From assembly GCA_050740235.1 (NCBI GenBank), contig JBOIDB010000068.1:1-62988 (forward strand): 62,988 nucleotides of DNA, read 5' to 3'. Numbering within the stretch: the first letter of the stretch is position 1; each line of letters opens with the position of its first letter. The stretch comes from Gammaproteobacteria bacterium (GTDB lineage Bacteria > Pseudomonadota > Gammaproteobacteria > Steroidobacterales > JACDCP01). The notes under the pieces were generated by a model. That model was not told where the DNA came from and did no database searches. It was given only the letters and a program-made list of their open reading frames with translations. Made by a program: the position numbers and the translations under genes. This document shows positions 62,677 through 62,988 of the stretch, in pieces.

Positions 62677-62988
62677 ATGAGCACACGACCCGCCGCCGCG
62701 AACCTGCGCGAGGACCACGAAGTCGCCGATATGTCCCTCGCCGGCTGGGGCCGCCGCGAAATCGCGATCGCCGAGACCGAGATGCCCGGCTTAATGGCGC
62801 TGCGCGCCGAGTATGCCGGACGGCGGCCGCTCGAGGGCGCGCGCATCGCGGGCTCGCTGCACATGACTATCCAGACCGCCGTGCTCATCGAGACGCTGGT
62901 CGAGCTCGGCGCCGAGGTGCGCTGGGCCTCGTGCAACATCTATTCGACGCAGGATCATGCCGCCGCGGCGATCGCGGCGCGCGGCATC
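62677..62988 (+). CDS. ahcY: Adenosylhomocysteinase, 5' part (runs off the window; not in the supplied ORF track)
   Basis: Translates as ...[25 protein letters not shown]...[18 protein letters not shown]...[16 protein letters not shown]. Confidence 0.97.
   Translation, partial: MSTRPAAANLREDHEVADMSLAGWGRREIAIAETEMPGLMALRAEYAGRRPLEGARIAGSLHMTIQTAVLIETLVELGAEVRWASCNIYSTQDHAAAAIAARGI

Overview
GC-rich, almost entirely housekeeping chromosome segment. Gene content and order suggest a non-enteric gammaproteobacterium (inference). In order: pilB-pilC-pilD-coaE-zapD-yacG; an inserted S9 (DPP-IV-like) peptidase and a secreted hypothetical protein; a MutT/thiamine-phosphate-synthase-like fusion; secA; M23 peptidase; DciA-like gene; a complete dcw cluster (mraZ to lpxC, including murB); RNase P RNA (rnpB); rsmI/lpoA/yraN/gmhA; petABC-sspAB; degS; ibaG-murA; kdsD-kdsC-lptCAB-rpoN-hpf-ptsN-rapZ-mgtE; a patatin; a BCP peroxiredoxin; tkt-gap-pgk-pyk; a thioredoxin-fold gene; metK; and the 5' part of ahcY. 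I found no CRISPR array, tRNA, rRNA, prophage, transposase or defence system, and no novel multi-gene protein system. The most unusual signals are non-coding. (1) The 220-bp ftsZ-lpxC spacer is tiled by back-to-back near-perfect hairpins. One presents an exact CsrA/RsmA consensus site in its loop, several others have GGA or its complement in their loops, and a mutually exclusive hairpin pair sits near lpxC. This is a candidate undescribed structured RNA. (2) Several distinct families of REP/MITE-like palindromes are present; some supply stop codons, the rsmI C-terminus, or in-frame insertions (murE, possibly petC). (3) The dcw promoter is near-consensus, with an MraZ operator and a CRP-like box. 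All calls were made by eye from the sequence and the supplied ORF track; no database searches or folding programs were run.
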